From: an uncultured cyanobacterium
GTDB lineage: Bacteria; Cyanobacteriota; Cyanobacteriia; Leptolyngbyales; Leptolyngbyaceae
Direction: 5' to 3'
DNA: 64,000 nucleotides
Assembly: GCA_963766075.1 (NCBI GenBank)
Contig: CAVYAN010000072.1
Span: 128,001 to 192,000, forward strand
In this document: piece by piece, positions 10,978-21,028 of the stretch
Position numbering within the stretch: the first letter of the stretch is position 1
How the letters are laid out: every line of letters begins with the position of its first letter
Notes under the pieces: model-generated
What the model saw: only the letters and a program-made list of their open reading frames with translations
Told to the model about the DNA's origin: nothing
Database searches by the model: none
Program-made: the position numbers and the translations under genes

Positions 10978-11030
10978 CAACATTTGGGTTGTTTTTCTCA
11001 TTGTAAGGTACTTTAACAATACTCGTGTTG
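10978..11030. promoter_or_regulatory. Tandem SufR operators
   Basis: CAAC-ATTTGG-GTTG (10978-10991) and CAAT-ACTCGT-GTTG (11017-11030), matching the known cyanobacterial SufR CAAC-N6-GTTG site. Confidence 0.85.
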
Positions 11031-11157
11031 CTAAAGTCTAGAGCGTGCCCATGAATTAATCATGCCTGTCAACGAATGGATTGCGCCAAATGGCGTGATC
11101 CGAGGCGTGAAGGCCGAATCGTATGAATTCCTGTCCGCGTTATTTTGAGAATGAGTG

Positions 11158-11853
11158 ATGACCTCCTCACAGCAGCACTCCACCAAGCAGGATATTCTCC
11201 GCCACCTGCTGCGGGACGGGCAGGCAACGGCGCAGGATTTGGCCGATCGCCTTGCTATTTCCCCCCAAGCCATCCGGCGGCATCTCAAGGATTTAGAAGC
11301 CGAAGAATTGATCCTGCACCAATCTGTCCAGGCGGGGATGGGCCGTCCGAACAATGTCTATGCCCTCAGTCGTAAAGGGCGCGATCAGTTTCCTGATCGC
11401 CATGATGATTTTGCGGTAGCGCTGCTGGACACCCTGGCTGAAACGGTGGGCCCGGAGCAGATGGGGCGCATTTTGCAGAAGCAGTGGGAGCGGAAGGCCC
11501 TGGAATACCGCGATCGCATCGGTGTCGGTAGCCTCAAAGATCGGGTAGACAATCTAGTGGAAATCCGTCGCACTGAGGGCTATATGGCGGAATGTCATCG
11601 GGTGAAGCTGGAGGAGGATGGCCCAGAGGGACTGACCGGAGCCGTGGCGGTTAAAACAGAGGTTGAGCAGTACGTATTGACGGAATATCACTGTGCCATT
11701 TCCCAAATCGCCGAATCGTTTCCCAGTGTCTGTGGGCACGAGTTAGAGATGTTTGCGGCGGCGTTGCCCGATTGCACCGTGAAGCGGACCCATTGGCTAG
11801 TGGATGGTGAACATCGCTGTGGGTACTTGATTCATCCAACTCATTCAAAATGA
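11158..11853 (+). CDS. sufR: Fe-S cluster transcriptional regulator SufR
   Basis: N-terminal HTH, GMGRP, C-X12-C-X13-C-X14-C; divergent from the suf operon. Confidence 0.96.
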   Translation: MTSSQQHSTKQDILRHLLRDGQATAQDLADRLAISPQAIRRHLKDLEAEELILHQSVQAGMGRPNNVYALSRKGRDQFPDRHDDFAVALLDTLAETVGPEQMGRILQKQWERKALEYRDRIGVGSLKDRVDNLVEIRRTEGYMAECHRVKLEEDGPEGLTGAVAVKTEVEQYVLTEYHCAISQIAESFPSVCGHELEMFAAALPDCTVKRTHWLVDGEHRCGYLIHPTHSK

Positions 11854-12058
11854 TTTAATCGCAGGCGAGGTGATCGAGAGGTGAGGTGATGGAAACGGCT
11901 ATTTCGGCCTCATTCGTTGCATGTACAGTACGTGTAGACGCCGCGCCTTATGAAACGGACTGTTTACGCTGGATTACAACGTATGTTACAGGCCATGGGA
12001 ATTGGACGCATGCGATCGCCAATCTGCTGGATGATGGGGTTTTATCGGATCAGTGTGT

Positions 12059-12418
12059 ATGAAAATCCTTCGCTGTCTGCATACCCTCGTCCACGTCACC
12101 GACCTGGCCCGTGCGGAACATTTTTACGGCACTGTATTGGGTCTGACCCCAGTGGAGCGCCAGCTAAAGTTTCCCGGTACCTGGTATGAAGTGGCGGGGT
12201 TTCAGATTCATTTGGCTGTGGTGGAGGCCATGCCCAGTCACAAGCTGCCGGAAAAATGGGGCCGCGATCGCCATGTGGCCTTTGCTGTAGACAATTTGTC
12301 CATTGCCATGGCCCAGTTGCAAAGCCAGGGCTATCCTGTCCAAATGAGTGCCTCGGGACGGGCGGCGCTGTTTACCCAGGATCCCGATGGCAACGTGATT
12401 GAGATTAGCGAGGCCTAG
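12059..12418 (+). CDS. VOC / glyoxalase family protein
   Basis: H...V.DL.RA..FY..VLG, QIHL, RHVAF, DPDGNVIE. Confidence 0.9.
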   Translation: MKILRCLHTLVHVTDLARAEHFYGTVLGLTPVERQLKFPGTWYEVAGFQIHLAVVEAMPSHKLPEKWGRDRHVAFAVDNLSIAMAQLQSQGYPVQMSASGRAALFTQDPDGNVIEISEA

Positions 12419-12424
12419 GGCTGG

Positions 12425-13767
12425 ATGCGCATTGTGGCCTACCTCTACAGTGATCCTTTGTTGGAAGCCACCCCGGATCCAGCCATTTGGGGGTGGGAAC
12501 TGGATCAGATTTATCAGGACCTAGCCAAGACTAAATCTGGGGCGATCGCCCCCAATGGGACGTGCTGATCCAGGACTGTCAATCCCAGCCCATCGATTAC
12601 TTACTGGTGCGGCGGTTGGAGGAATTGGGCGATCGCGTGGATGCGGTGGGCGATCGGCTGGCCCAACTGGAAACCCACCACATTCGCCTGATTTTAGTCG
12701 AGCAGCCCACTCCCCTTGATCCGGTTCAACCCAGTCCCCTAACGGCCCTCCACCCGGACACCCCCCAGGCCGACCTAATCAAGCTGCTGCAACACCTGCA
12801 AGCAGAGCAGCAAAGCCGAAAAATTCGTCAGGGGCATGCGCGCAATCGCATCCAAGCCCTGCCGCCCCCCGGCAAAGCCCCCTACGGTTACAAGCGTGGC
12901 AAAGAAAAATACAATTTGGACCGGACCACGGCTCCTGTAGTCAAAGACTTTTTCGAGCAGTTCTTGCTCTATGGTTCCGTGCGCGGTGCGGTGCGGTACT
13001 TGGCCCAAAAATACAGCAAGAAGATTTCCGTATCCACGGGGCACCGCTGGCTGACAAACCCCGTCTATCGCGGCGATTTAACCTACCAAACCGGCGATAC
13101 CATCCGGGACACCCATGCCGCCATCATTTCGCGAGATGAAGCAGCCCAGGTCGATCGCCTCCTGCGTCGCAATCGGCGTCTCCCCCCGCGCAGTGCCAGT
13201 GCCCCCCGTTCCCTCGCGGGTCTGGTGGTGTGCAGTACCTGCCAATCGCCTCAAACCGTGGCTCGGATCGCCGGACCAACTAAAGAGAAGGAATATCTCT
13301 ACCTCCGCCCCACCGCCTGTCCTCAAACGCCCAAGTGCAAGTCCATCCCCTATGACGCTGTCCTGCAAGGCACGATTGCCCGCATTTGCCAAGACTTGCC
13401 CCCTGCCGTTGCCACCCTGACAATGCCGGACATGCAGGGGATGAAACAGGGAATGGATGGGGCGATCGCCGCCAAGCAGGGCATTCTAGACCAGTTACCC
13501 GAGTTGATCACAACTGGCATCCTCGACCCGGAAACCGCCAAGCTGCGGGCGTATAAGCTCAGGACCGAGATCGCTATCCTCCAGGGCCAACTGGCCCAAC
13601 TGCCCCCTGTTAACCTGCAATCCGTTGCCCAGGCTGTCTCCATTCCTCAATTTTGGTTTGGCTTGTCAGAAGCGGAGCGCCGCTTCTATTTCCGAGAATT
13701 CCTCCGTCACATCGAACTCCATCGCCAGGGCCAAGACTGGCACCTCCAACTCGCCTTTATTTTCTAA
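12425..13767 (+). CDS. Serine recombinase family protein (resolvase-like, recombinase and Zn-ribbon regions); frameshift near 12538-12541
   Basis: Likely true start at 12425 (MRIVAYLYSDPLL...WGWELDQIYQDL) joins the 12562 frame (GDRPQW..LIQDC) by a -1 shift in a G4 run; GKAPYGY, LTNPVYRG, LAGLVVCSTC. Confidence 0.8.
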
Positions 13768-13846
13768 GCCCAGCTTTCTAGGCCCAGCTTTCTAGGCCAG
13801 TATTCCAAGTCCAACTTTACTCCGTTCAACGTTTTGTCGCTGTCCC

Positions 13847-15269
13847 ATGATTCGTCCCCTTGACCACGCCCAGCCGCCGCTAGAGTTTATTCCACCCCAT
13901 CTGGATCGCAACGTTGTCCGATTTTTGCATGGGGTATTGCCCTTAGTGATGCGATCGCGCACCTCCCTTCACACCATTCGCGCCGAAAATGTCGAAGTTT
14001 TGGTCGATCTCTATGAAAAATTCCAAGCCAGAAAAATCCGGTTTCTGATGGCTTTTCGTCATCCCAGTGTGGATGATCCCTTGTGTTTAGCCCATCTCAT
14101 GTCCCGCTCTGTGCCCCGCACTGCGAAGCGACAGGGGATTCGGCTTCGCGGGCCCCTGCATGCCCACTTCATCTACGATCGCGGCATTCCCCTGTGGGCC
14201 GGTTCCTCCGTCGGCTGGTTAGCCTCTCGTCTGGGGGCAACGCCAATTCAGCGGGGCAAGGTCGATCGGACGGGCCTCAAGTCCGCCCGCAATTTGTTTG
14301 CTAACGGGCCCCTACCCATGGCCGCTTCTCCGGAAGGAGCGACCAATGGCCACAGCGAAATCGTCAGTCCCCTAGAACCGGGCATCAGTCAAATGGGCTT
14401 CTGGTGCGTGGAAGACTTGCTGAAGGCAGGCCGGACCGAAGAAGTCTTCATCGTCCCCATCGGCATTCGCTACCGCTATGTCTCGCCCCCTTGGGCAGCC
14501 ATCGACCAATTACTCGCTGACATTGCTAACGATGTGGGTCTAGTTCCCCAAGCGGACGCGGGGGAAAGCCGAGACGCGGCCCGCTATCGGCAATTACTGC
14601 AAATTGGGGAACAATTGCTGACTAAAATGGAGCAGTTTTATACGCGGTTCTACCATCAGGCGTTGCCCGCGATCGCCGCCACGGACCTCGCAACCATGAG
14701 CCCCAACGATGTCCTAGCCGCCCGGATGCAAGCCCTGCTCAACGTAGTCCCTCCATGTGGCGGAACAGTACTTCAACCTCCAGCCCAAAGGTTCCTTGAT
14801 CGATCGCTGCCGTCGCATCGAACAAGCCGCATGGGATTGTATTTTCCGCGAAGACATTAAAGATCTTGAACGCCTATCGCCACTGGATCGCGGGTTAGCC
14901 GATCGCGTCGCCGAAGAAGCCAGTCTGCGGCTCTGGCACATGCGCCTCGTGGAAAATTTTGTCGCTGTCACGGGCAAGTACATCCTGGAATGCCCCAGCG
15001 TGGAGCGGTTTGCCGAAACCACCCTGATTACCTGGAATACCGTAGCCCGGATCACGGGCAAGGCGGGCGATCGCCCCAAGCTCGGCCAACAATCTGCCCA
15101 GATCACCATCGGCACGCCCCTATCCGTTTCTGCCCGTTGGGACAGCTACCAGGCCAACCGTCGCAGTGCTAAACAGGCCGTGGAAACCCTCACGCAGGAT
15201 CTTCAGACCGCTTTACAGGCGATGGTGGTATCCTCTTCTCCGCCAAACCAAAACGGAGTGATACCCTAG
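13847..15269 (+). CDS. PlsC-like glycerolipid acyltransferase; frameshift near 14748
   Basis: FRHPSVDD (HX4D), ASPEGATNG, IVPIGI; ORFs 13847-14860 and 14757-15269 join (LLNV..LHVAEQYF) by removing 1 nt. Confidence 0.8.
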
Positions 15270-15290
15270 GTAAGTTATCCTTGGCAAAAT

Positions 15291-16688
15291 TTGACTGTGA
15301 CTCAAGACCCGCGATATCTCGCACTAATGGCACTGCGGACGGTTTATCGCGGCGCATTTGCCGACGTAGCCCTCAATAAAGTCCTGAATTCAGTCGAGAT
15401 TCCGCCCCCCGATCGCCGCCTGCTGACTGAATTGGTCTACGGCATCAGCCGCCGCCAGCGCACCCTGGATGCGTTAGTGCAGCAATTGTCTACGCGCAAG
15501 GGACAGCGCCAACCCCTGGATCTCCGGATTGTGCTGCATATGGGGTTGTATCAACTGCGCTACCTGAATCACATTCCTCCCTCGGCGGCGGTCAACACGA
15601 CGGTGGACTTGGCCAAACGGGTCGGCCTGGGGGGATTGGCGGGCTTGGTCAATGGCATTCTGCGACAATATATTCGCCTGACGGAGGTGCCGCAGTCTGA
15701 GGATGAAAATTTAGACCCTGAGGCTGAGGATCTCGGGTGTGGGGTTGATCCACTGGTGCTGCCTGCCGATCCAGTCCATTGCTTAGGGGTGTTGTATAGC
15801 TATCCGGATTGGATCATTCAGGTGTGGTTGCGGCAGACGAAGTTGGCGCAGGTGGAACGCCTGTGTGCCTGGATGAACCTGCCGCCCCACATCGATTTGC
15901 GAATTAATCCCTTACGGACGGATTTAAAGACGGTGGAGGCCGCGATGCAAGCGGCAGGCATTGCCGTGAGTCGGGTGCCGCATTTGCCTTGGGCCTTGCG
16001 GTTGGATGAGCCGGGGGGCGCGGTGCAGCAATTGCCGGGATATGCCGAGGGCTGGTGGATGGTGCAGGATGCCAGCGCCCAACTGGTGGGCTATTTGGTC
16101 GATCCGCAGCCGGGGGAACGGGTGGTGGATGCCTGTGCCGCGCCGGGGGGCAAGACGGTGCATTTGGCTGAGTTGATGGGCGATCGCGGTGTGATTGAAG
16201 CCTGCGATCGCACCTCCTCCCGCTTGCATAAATTGCACCAAAATGCCAAACGGCTGGGGATTCAGTCCATTCAAGCTTGCCTGGGGGATAGTCGGGCGAT
16301 GCCGCAGTTTGTCGGGCAGTGCGATCGGGTGCTTATAGATGCCCCCTGTTCTGGATTGGGCACCCTCCACCGCCATGCCGATGCCCGGTGGCGACAGACC
16401 CCCGCTACTGTGACAGAGTTGGCCCAATTGCAGCGAGAACTCCTAGAATCTGTCGCGACCTGGGTCAAGCCAAAGGGCGTTTTGGTCTATTCCACCTGTA
16501 CGCTTCATCCCACGGAAAATGAAGAGTTGATTCGCTATTTTCTAGCGCAGCACCCCAGTTGGCAGATTGAACCACCCGCACCTGATTCCCCGCCAGCCCA
16601 TTTTGCTACGCCCGAAGGTTGGGTCAAAGTTTGGTCCCATCAGCACAATATGGATGGTTTTTTTATGGTTCGCTTAAGACACCGGTGA
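15291..16688 (+). CDS. rsmB: 16S rRNA m5C967 methyltransferase RsmB (Sun)
   Basis: NusB-like N-terminus, VQDASAQL, DACAAPGGKT, DAPCSG, YSTCT, DGFF. Confidence 0.95.
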   Translation: MTVTQDPRYLALMALRTVYRGAFADVALNKVLNSVEIPPPDRRLLTELVYGISRRQRTLDALVQQLSTRKGQRQPLDLRIVLHMGLYQLRYLNHIPPSAAVNTTVDLAKRVGLGGLAGLVNGILRQYIRLTEVPQSEDENLDPEAEDLGCGVDPLVLPADPVHCLGVLYSYPDWIIQVWLRQTKLAQVERLCAWMNLPPHIDLRINPLRTDLKTVEAAMQAAGIAVSRVPHLPWALRLDEPGGAVQQLPGYAEGWWMVQDASAQLVGYLVDPQPGERVVDACAAPGGKTVHLAELMGDRGVIEACDRTSSRLHKLHQNAKRLGIQSIQACLGDSRAMPQFVGQCDRVLIDAPCSGLGTLHRHADARWRQTPATVTELAQLQRELLESVATWVKPKGVLVYSTCTLHPTENEELIRYFLAQHPSWQIEPPAPDSPPAHFATPEGWVKVWSHQHNMDGFFMVRLRHR

Positions 16689-16837
16689 AACGGTTGGGTG
16701 TAGGGTTGACCCAGACCTTTTATCCAGACCTGATATTCTCAAGCGCCAGGTTTTACTGGTGGATATTGTCTAGAAAATCTTCTTAAGAAAATAAATTCAG
16801 CAAAAGACTACATTGAACGCCTGGAGGGGCAATTCGT

Positions 16838-17278
16838 ATGGCTATAACGACGACGGAAGGCAATGTTGAAGGCAATGTCAAAACCCTGGTGAAGATTTTG
16901 ATTGGGGCAGCTTGGATCGATGGGGTGATTCAGCCCCAGGAGCGGGAGTATTTGCATCGGGTGGCGAAGGAAAAGGGCGTGGCTGAGGATCCAGAGATTC
17001 AGCCGCTGCTGTATGAGTTACGGGCTGTGAAACCTGAGGAGTGCTACGACTGGGTGCACCAGTATTTGGGTAGCCATCCCAGTCAGCAGGACTTTCAGGA
17101 TCTGATGGAAGCGATTAGCGGATTAATCTATAGCGATGGCACGGTGGCCAATGAGGAGGCGCGTTTATTGACGGGTCTGATGCATTTGGAGGCCGAGGAA
17201 GGCCGAGGTGGGGTGGGTACTCCGATTCTGAGGTCCATTCGCAGCCTCTATCAACGCTGGCTGGCGAAGTTGGGCTGA
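16838..17278 (+). CDS. TerB family protein
   Basis: AAWIDG.I...ERE and LIYSDG.V..EE repeats. Confidence 0.8.
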   Translation: MAITTTEGNVEGNVKTLVKILIGAAWIDGVIQPQEREYLHRVAKEKGVAEDPEIQPLLYELRAVKPEECYDWVHQYLGSHPSQQDFQDLMEAISGLIYSDGTVANEEARLLTGLMHLEAEEGRGGVGTPILRSIRSLYQRWLAKLG

Positions 17279-17438
17279 AGTTGAACTGAAGTTAAACGGA
17301 ACTGAAGTTGAACGAGGGGCGATCAGGGACATGCTTAATCCTTCTTATCCCCCTGAAAATGGTCTGATAGGTGTGATTGGAATCATCTTCCGGATAAACT
17401 AAGTGCCATCTATATAAGTCGGTATTGAGGTTAGGTCG

Positions 17439-18031
17439 ATGAAAGGGTTGATTGGTTACGCGATCGCACTATTTGGGATCAGTTTGGGTCTGCCTGCCCA
17501 GGCGCAATTCTACGCCGCAGACCCATCAACCCCGGTTTTGTCTGCGTTGAATCGAGGCGCTTCCCCATTTGGCCAGCCCAGCGTAGTGCCCAGCGCAATG
17601 CCCAATGGCGTGCAGCCCTGCGCCCAGTCCCGCGCCTAGCCCTGCACCCAACGGGATGCCCGATGGCGTGCCCAGCGAGGTCAATAAAGAGGGCGCTGAC
17701 GTCAGCGGCCTCTGAAAAGGGGGATGAAGGAGGAATTGAAGCCAATGCGGTCCCCAATCCTGTAATTGTGATTGGGCGATCGCCGCAGCATCCCTTTGCG
17801 GTGATTGTGCTGTCTGACCAGTGGAATACGCTCCAGATTGTACGGCAGTCTGTGGCGGCAGCATTTTTGACGGATTCTCGGTTAGGGGCGTATGTATTTG
17901 CCGAGAGCTTTTCCCATCGTCGCAGTGCCGAAGCATTGTCCCGCGCGTTGAGATCGCAGCGGTTAGACGCACGGGTGATCTACTTCCCCCAGCGGGTGGC
18001 GCTCCCGAATACGCTGTGGGGAAATGAGTGA
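17439..18031 (+). CDS. Secreted hypothetical protein with a Pro-rich linker and SPOR-like C-terminus; interrupted by one or two frameshifts
   Basis: Signal peptide (MKGLIGYAIALFGISLGLPAQA); a PSPAPSPAP linker in a third frame; C-terminal SRLGAYVFAESF..R..AEALS..LR...LDARVIY. Confidence 0.55.
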
Positions 18032-18178
18032 ATTCCAAAATCGGGGCGATGAATTTTTAGAACATCCCAGGGTAGTGATATTGTCGTTTTTAAAGGGGTA
18101 TCGTTTTCAGAAAAGTTGTTTTTAGAAGAAAACAGTTAAGACTAGGGTGAACGTCTGGAGCAAGCTTAAAAAGTGGCA

Positions 18179-19039
18179 ATGAAGACGGTTCGGGTATACC
18201 TCATGACGACAGCTATTAGCGTGTTGCTCATAGCCACGGCGGGATTGGCTGAAGTGGTGCAGGTGCGGATTGATCGCTGGTTAACCGTGCAGCAGGTGGT
18301 CGGTAGGGTCTTCTATCTCGGGAATGTGCTCTATCAAGGTGAGTCAGGAACGCAGCCGGCCCATGTGGGCATGCGCCTCACCACTGTCGGGGAAGGTATC
18401 CAGACGGGCGATCGCGCTAAGGCAGTTTTGGCCTTGGATACGGGTGTCGGTACGGTGCATGTTGCTGAAAAGACAGATGTGCGCATTCAGCAATTACAAA
18501 TGACCCCGAATGGTGCGCGCATCACGCGCCTGCGGGTGAATCAGGGGCAGATCCGCTTGAAAATCCGGCGATTCACCAATCCAGATTCCCGCCTGGAAAT
18601 TCAAACTCCGGCGGGCGTGAGTGGTGTCCGGGGCACAGAGTTTGGCGTCAGTGTGCAGCCCAGCGGGCGCATGGGGGTGGCAACTTTGGTGGGCCGGGTG
18701 GTGGCAGCCGCACAGGGGCAAGAAGTGGTGGTTGAAGCTGGGTTTCAGAGTTTAGTGATTCCCGGCGAACCGCCGCAACCCCCGACGCGTTTGACCGAAA
18801 ACCTCCGCCTCGATTTGCGTTATCTGGTACCGTTGCGGGCTAGAAAGGGCGATCGCCAAGTGCGGATCGCCGGTCAGATTGACCCCGTTAATCTGCTGGT
18901 CATTGCGGGTGTGGTGCAAAACACCGATCGCATGGGCAACTTTGATGTCACGGTTCCTCTACCCAACAATCGGCAGGTGACTGCGGTTGTGACCACTCCC
19001 TTAGGGAAGGAACAAGTGTATGAATTGGCCGTTCCTTAA
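18179..19039 (+). CDS. FecR-domain periplasmic protein
   Basis: Signal peptide; IQTPAGVSGVRGTEFGV motif. Confidence 0.85.
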   Translation: MKTVRVYLMTTAISVLLIATAGLAEVVQVRIDRWLTVQQVVGRVFYLGNVLYQGESGTQPAHVGMRLTTVGEGIQTGDRAKAVLALDTGVGTVHVAEKTDVRIQQLQMTPNGARITRLRVNQGQIRLKIRRFTNPDSRLEIQTPAGVSGVRGTEFGVSVQPSGRMGVATLVGRVVAAAQGQEVVVEAGFQSLVIPGEPPQPPTRLTENLRLDLRYLVPLRARKGDRQVRIAGQIDPVNLLVIAGVVQNTDRMGNFDVTVPLPNNRQVTAVVTTPLGKEQVYELAVP

Positions 19040-20687
19040 TCTTGCTCAACTCTCAGCGCAACTTTCAACATCCCGTGGTGGTGGGTGGCGTTTTCGGGCA
19101 GCGCTGTCCCGGATGTTTCCGGGGGCTGTTTCGGCGCTACTGGTGGTTGGGCTGCTGAATTTGGGAGTTTGGCAGCCGCTAGAATATTTAATCTATGGCG
19201 CACTATTTCAAGCTAGAGGGGAAATTCCCTGGGATCAGCGTGTGGTGGTGGTGGATATCGACGAAGCTAGCCTGAGTGTGCTGGGTAGCTTTCCCATCCC
19301 CCGCCGACATTACACCACCCTCCTACAAACTTTGATCCAAGCTAAGCCCAATGTGGTGGTGTTTGATTTGGTCTTTTCGGAGTCCAGTCCTGACGATCTC
19401 CCCTTAGCCTTGGCGATGGAGCAGCATGGCCAAGTGGTGCTGGCACGGGCCTGGGATGGGCAAGGGGCCGCCTGGGTACCGACGCCCAAGCTTAAGGCCG
19501 CCGCCATCGCCACGGGGCACATTCTCAAACTAGAGGATGCGGATGGCCTGAGCCGGACAATCTTGCCGGAGGTGCAGGGGATTCCAGCCCTCGCCATTAG
19601 TGCCGCGACTGCATACGCCATGAGTTGGGATGCGCCAGTTCCCAACCCTGAGGCATCCCGACTCTGGCTCAATTGGTTTGGCCCCATGACGCAAATTCCG
19701 CACTATTCCATGGTGGATGTGATCCAGCAGCGTGTGCCTCTCCGTGCCTTCCAAAACAAGATTATTGTGATCGGTGTAACTGCGAGTGGGCTAGACGCTC
19801 AGCCGACTCCCTTTGATCGGCAGCCGCCCGCCAGTGGGGTTCATATCCACGCCACGGCCATTAGCAATCTGCTGCAGGGGCGTCCTTTACACATTCCAGA
19901 CCCGAATTGGGTGCGGACGGCCCTGCTGCTGGGTGGCTTAGGCTTCAGTGCACTGATCGCCCACTGTCGGATTCGCTGGCATCTTGCTATTTGGCTGGGG
20001 GCCTGTTTGGGCTGGGGATTGGTAGCCCTGGGGGCGCTATGGTTGGGGTACTGGCTGCCCGTGGCGGCTCCGATCGCCCTATTCAGTGGCGTTGCTAGTT
20101 GTCATGCTTGGCGGCAGTGGCAGGTGCTGTTGCAGGCAAACGATAACTTGAAGCAATTGGTCGCCCGCGATAGTCTGACCCAGTTGGCCAGTCGGCGACG
20201 ATTTGATGAGTATCTTGCCCAGGAGTGGCATCGGCTGACCCTAACCCAAGCGCCGCTAGCCCTGATTCTCTGTGATGTTGATTTCTTTAAGTGCTACAAC
20301 GACACCTACGGGCATCAGATGGGCGATCGCTGTTTGCAGCAGGTGGCTATGGCGCTTTCCAGTGCAGTCAAGCGTCCAACCGACCTGGCAGCCCGCTATG
20401 GGGGAGAGGAGTTTGCCGTCATCCTGCCCAATACAGACATCGACGGGGCGGTGCAAGTTGCCGAGGCCATTCGTCTCCAGATCGGGGCCTTGGCCATTCC
20501 CCATGCCAGTTCAGAGATTAGTTCCCACGTCACGTTCAGTTTAGGCGTGGCCGGAATGATTCCCAATCCCCAATCCTCTTTGGCGGCATTGATTGCGGAT
20601 GCCGATCGCGCCCTTTATCAAGCTAAGTATCAAGGCCGCAATCGCACCTGTGTCAGTTCGGCACCCGTGCTTTTCGAGGGCAACTAA
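19020..20687 (+). CDS. CHASE2-sensor diguanylate cyclase
   Basis: VVVVDIDE..SL, DADG..R, GVHIHA (CHASE2); about 3 TM segments; RPTD I-site and ARYGGEEF. Confidence 0.92.
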   Translation: MNWPFLNLAQLSAQLSTSRGGGWRFRAALSRMFPGAVSALLVVGLLNLGVWQPLEYLIYGALFQARGEIPWDQRVVVVDIDEASLSVLGSFPIPRRHYTTLLQTLIQAKPNVVVFDLVFSESSPDDLPLALAMEQHGQVVLARAWDGQGAAWVPTPKLKAAAIATGHILKLEDADGLSRTILPEVQGIPALAISAATAYAMSWDAPVPNPEASRLWLNWFGPMTQIPHYSMVDVIQQRVPLRAFQNKIIVIGVTASGLDAQPTPFDRQPPASGVHIHATAISNLLQGRPLHIPDPNWVRTALLLGGLGFSALIAHCRIRWHLAIWLGACLGWGLVALGALWLGYWLPVAAPIALFSGVASCHAWRQWQVLLQANDNLKQLVARDSLTQLASRRRFDEYLAQEWHRLTLTQAPLALILCDVDFFKCYNDTYGHQMGDRCLQQVAMALSSAVKRPTDLAARYGGEEFAVILPNTDIDGAVQVAEAIRLQIGALAIPHASSEISSHVTFSLGVAGMIPNPQSSLAALIADADRALYQAKYQGRNRTCVSSAPVLFEGN

Positions 20688-20813
20688 GGCAATTCACTTT
20701 AGCCAAGATTGTTCCCTTCGACTCCGCTCAGGGAACAATCTTCCGCTGGCTGAGCGGAGTTGTAGTTTACTTTCCGCAGGGTAGCCAGCAGAATTATTTC
20801 TTGGAAATCCTAG
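20685..20813. mobile_element. MITE/REP-like dispersed element, copy 2
   Basis: Starts at the cyclase TAA; two core hairpins, one carrying the nested insert; ends TTATTTCTTGGAAATCCTAG. Confidence 0.65.
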
Positions 20814-21028
20814 GGTATGAAGCTTTAGTGTAAAAAAGCATGAGGGGACATGGATCTTACGATGTATGGCTTTGGGAGTAATACTCCAGACTTTTCCGTC
20901 CACATCGGAGGATGAGTTCTGGTTTAGCATGATCACTGAGTCAGTGGTGGTTGCCCGGTGGGTTCGACGGTCGAGAAGACCGCGATGCGTAGCGCTTTCA
21001 AAATCCAAAATCCAAATCTCTTTTGTTT

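Noticed and set aside
2173..13767. Integrated element bounded by the integrase-like and serine recombinase genes
   Set aside because: The enclosed genes are core (desC, suf, ftrC), both recombinase motifs look degenerate, and no att repeats or tRNA target were seen
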